A DNA stretch of 32,000 nt, from positions 1,920,001 through 1,952,000 of the forward strand of contig NZ_CP032551.1 in the NCBI RefSeq assembly GCF_009734345.1. Reading direction: 5' to 3'. The notes under the pieces were generated by a model, which made no database searches, was not told the DNA's origin, and worked only from the letters and a program-made list of their open reading frames with translations. The position numbers and the translations under genes were made by a program. Shown here piece after piece: positions 31,321 to 32,000 of the stretch. This DNA is from Pseudidiomarina andamanensis. Lineage in GTDB: Bacteria; Pseudomonadota; Gammaproteobacteria; Enterobacterales; Alteromonadaceae. Numbering within the stretch: position 1 is the first letter of the stretch; every line of letters starts with the position of its first letter.

Positions 31321-32000
31321 ATGGCTTTAAAAAATCGTTTATATACAAGTAGTTTAGTTCTTTCGACGCTGTGGCTCGTGGCCTGTAGTCCGGCATCTCA
31401 GAATACAGCTACTACTGATGCGACATCGCAGCCACCCATTGCCGAACAACGGCCATATGTTGTGGAATCACCGCAAGGAAATAGGCAAGATCCTTATTAT
31501 TGGTTGCGTGATGATAGTCGTTCTGACGCCGATGTATTGGCTTATTTAGAAGCTGAGAATGCTTACTATGACGCCTATCGGGCCGATTACGCGGAGCTGA
31601 CCGAAACGCTCGAAAGCGAAATTATTGGTCGCATCAAACAAGATGACACCTCGGTGCCATATCAAAAGGGCGATTACTTATATTCAGTAAAGTACGAAGC
31701 CGGAAAAGAATATCCAATTTATGTACGTGCTGATAAAGAGGGTAATGAGCAGGTCATGCTTGACGTGAATAAACTTGCTGAAGGGCAAAGTTATATGAGC
31801 GTCGGTAACCTTGAGGTAAGCCCGAATCAGCAATTGATGGCATATATGGTCGATAACACCGGGCGCCGTCAGTATGAGTTGCGTATTCGTGATTTAACGA
31901 CGGGCGAAGATAACGCTCAGACTTTAACTGGCTTATCTGCATCGATTGCTTGGGCGAAGGATAATCAAACGCTGTTTGTGATTGAGAATGATCCGCAGAC
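31321..32000 (+). CDS. ptrB: oligopeptidase B (protease II, S9A), N-terminal part (runs off the window edge)
   Basis: Absent from the ORF track because it is open at the edge. My translation from the ATG at 31321 gives MALKNRLYTSSLVLSTLWLVACSP...RQDPYYWLRDDSRSDADVLAYLEAENAYYDAY...VSPNQQLMAYMVDNTGRRQYELRIRDL. This has a lipobox and a PtrB-type beta-propeller N-terminus. Confidence 0.85.
   Translation, partial: MALKNRLYTSSLVLSTLWLVACSPASQNTATTDATSQPPIAEQRPYVVESPQGNRQDPYYWLRDDSRSDADVLAYLEAENAYYDAYRADYAELTETLESEIIGRIKQDDTSVPYQKGDYLYSVKYEAGKEYPIYVRADKEGNEQVMLDVNKLAEGQSYMSVGNLEVSPNQQLMAYMVDNTGRRQYELRIRDLTTGEDNAQTLTGLSASIAWAKDNQTLFVIENDPQ

Overview
The window reads as compact core chromosome of a marine gammaproteobacterium. 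An Alteromonadales/Idiomarina-like origin is only my guess, from gene order and protein similarity judged by eye. Gene order follows well-known enteric neighbourhoods: trkA<rsmB<fmt<def runs divergent from LysM-dprA-smg-yrdD-tsaC-hemF-(antisense truncated haemoglobin)-aroE. Next come polA, an EamA transporter, engB, cytochrome c4, yihI and a DUF2489 gene. The remainder is an amidohydrolase, cysE, a TPR lipoprotein, a cold-shock gene, an isochorismatase-family hydrolase, two tandem GGDEF genes, purEK, an esterase/DUF502 pair, a GST-like gene, prolyl endopeptidase, a TPR-GGDEF sensor and ptrB (partial). I found no rRNA, tRNA, CRISPR array, transposase, integrase, phage gene or recognisable defence or toxin-antitoxin module. 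I cannot honestly claim a new multi-gene system here. Several observations still deserve a second look:

- a GGA-rich, terminator-capped candidate Csr/Rsm-family sRNA in the cc4-yihI gap, where csrC lies between yihA(engB) and yihI in E. coli
- a 1-nt frameshift splitting polA inside the 3'-5' exonuclease domain
- a truncated-haemoglobin gene wedged antisense between hemF and aroE with no intergenic DNA on either side
- an operonic pair of paralogous membrane GGDEF proteins, one GGEEF and one degenerate GGAEF that keeps the I-site
- two more orphan-terminator sRNA candidates flanking polA
- a DnaA box at the putative polA promoter

All product calls come from motif recognition in the supplied translations, or in my own translation at the window edges. 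No database search was run.
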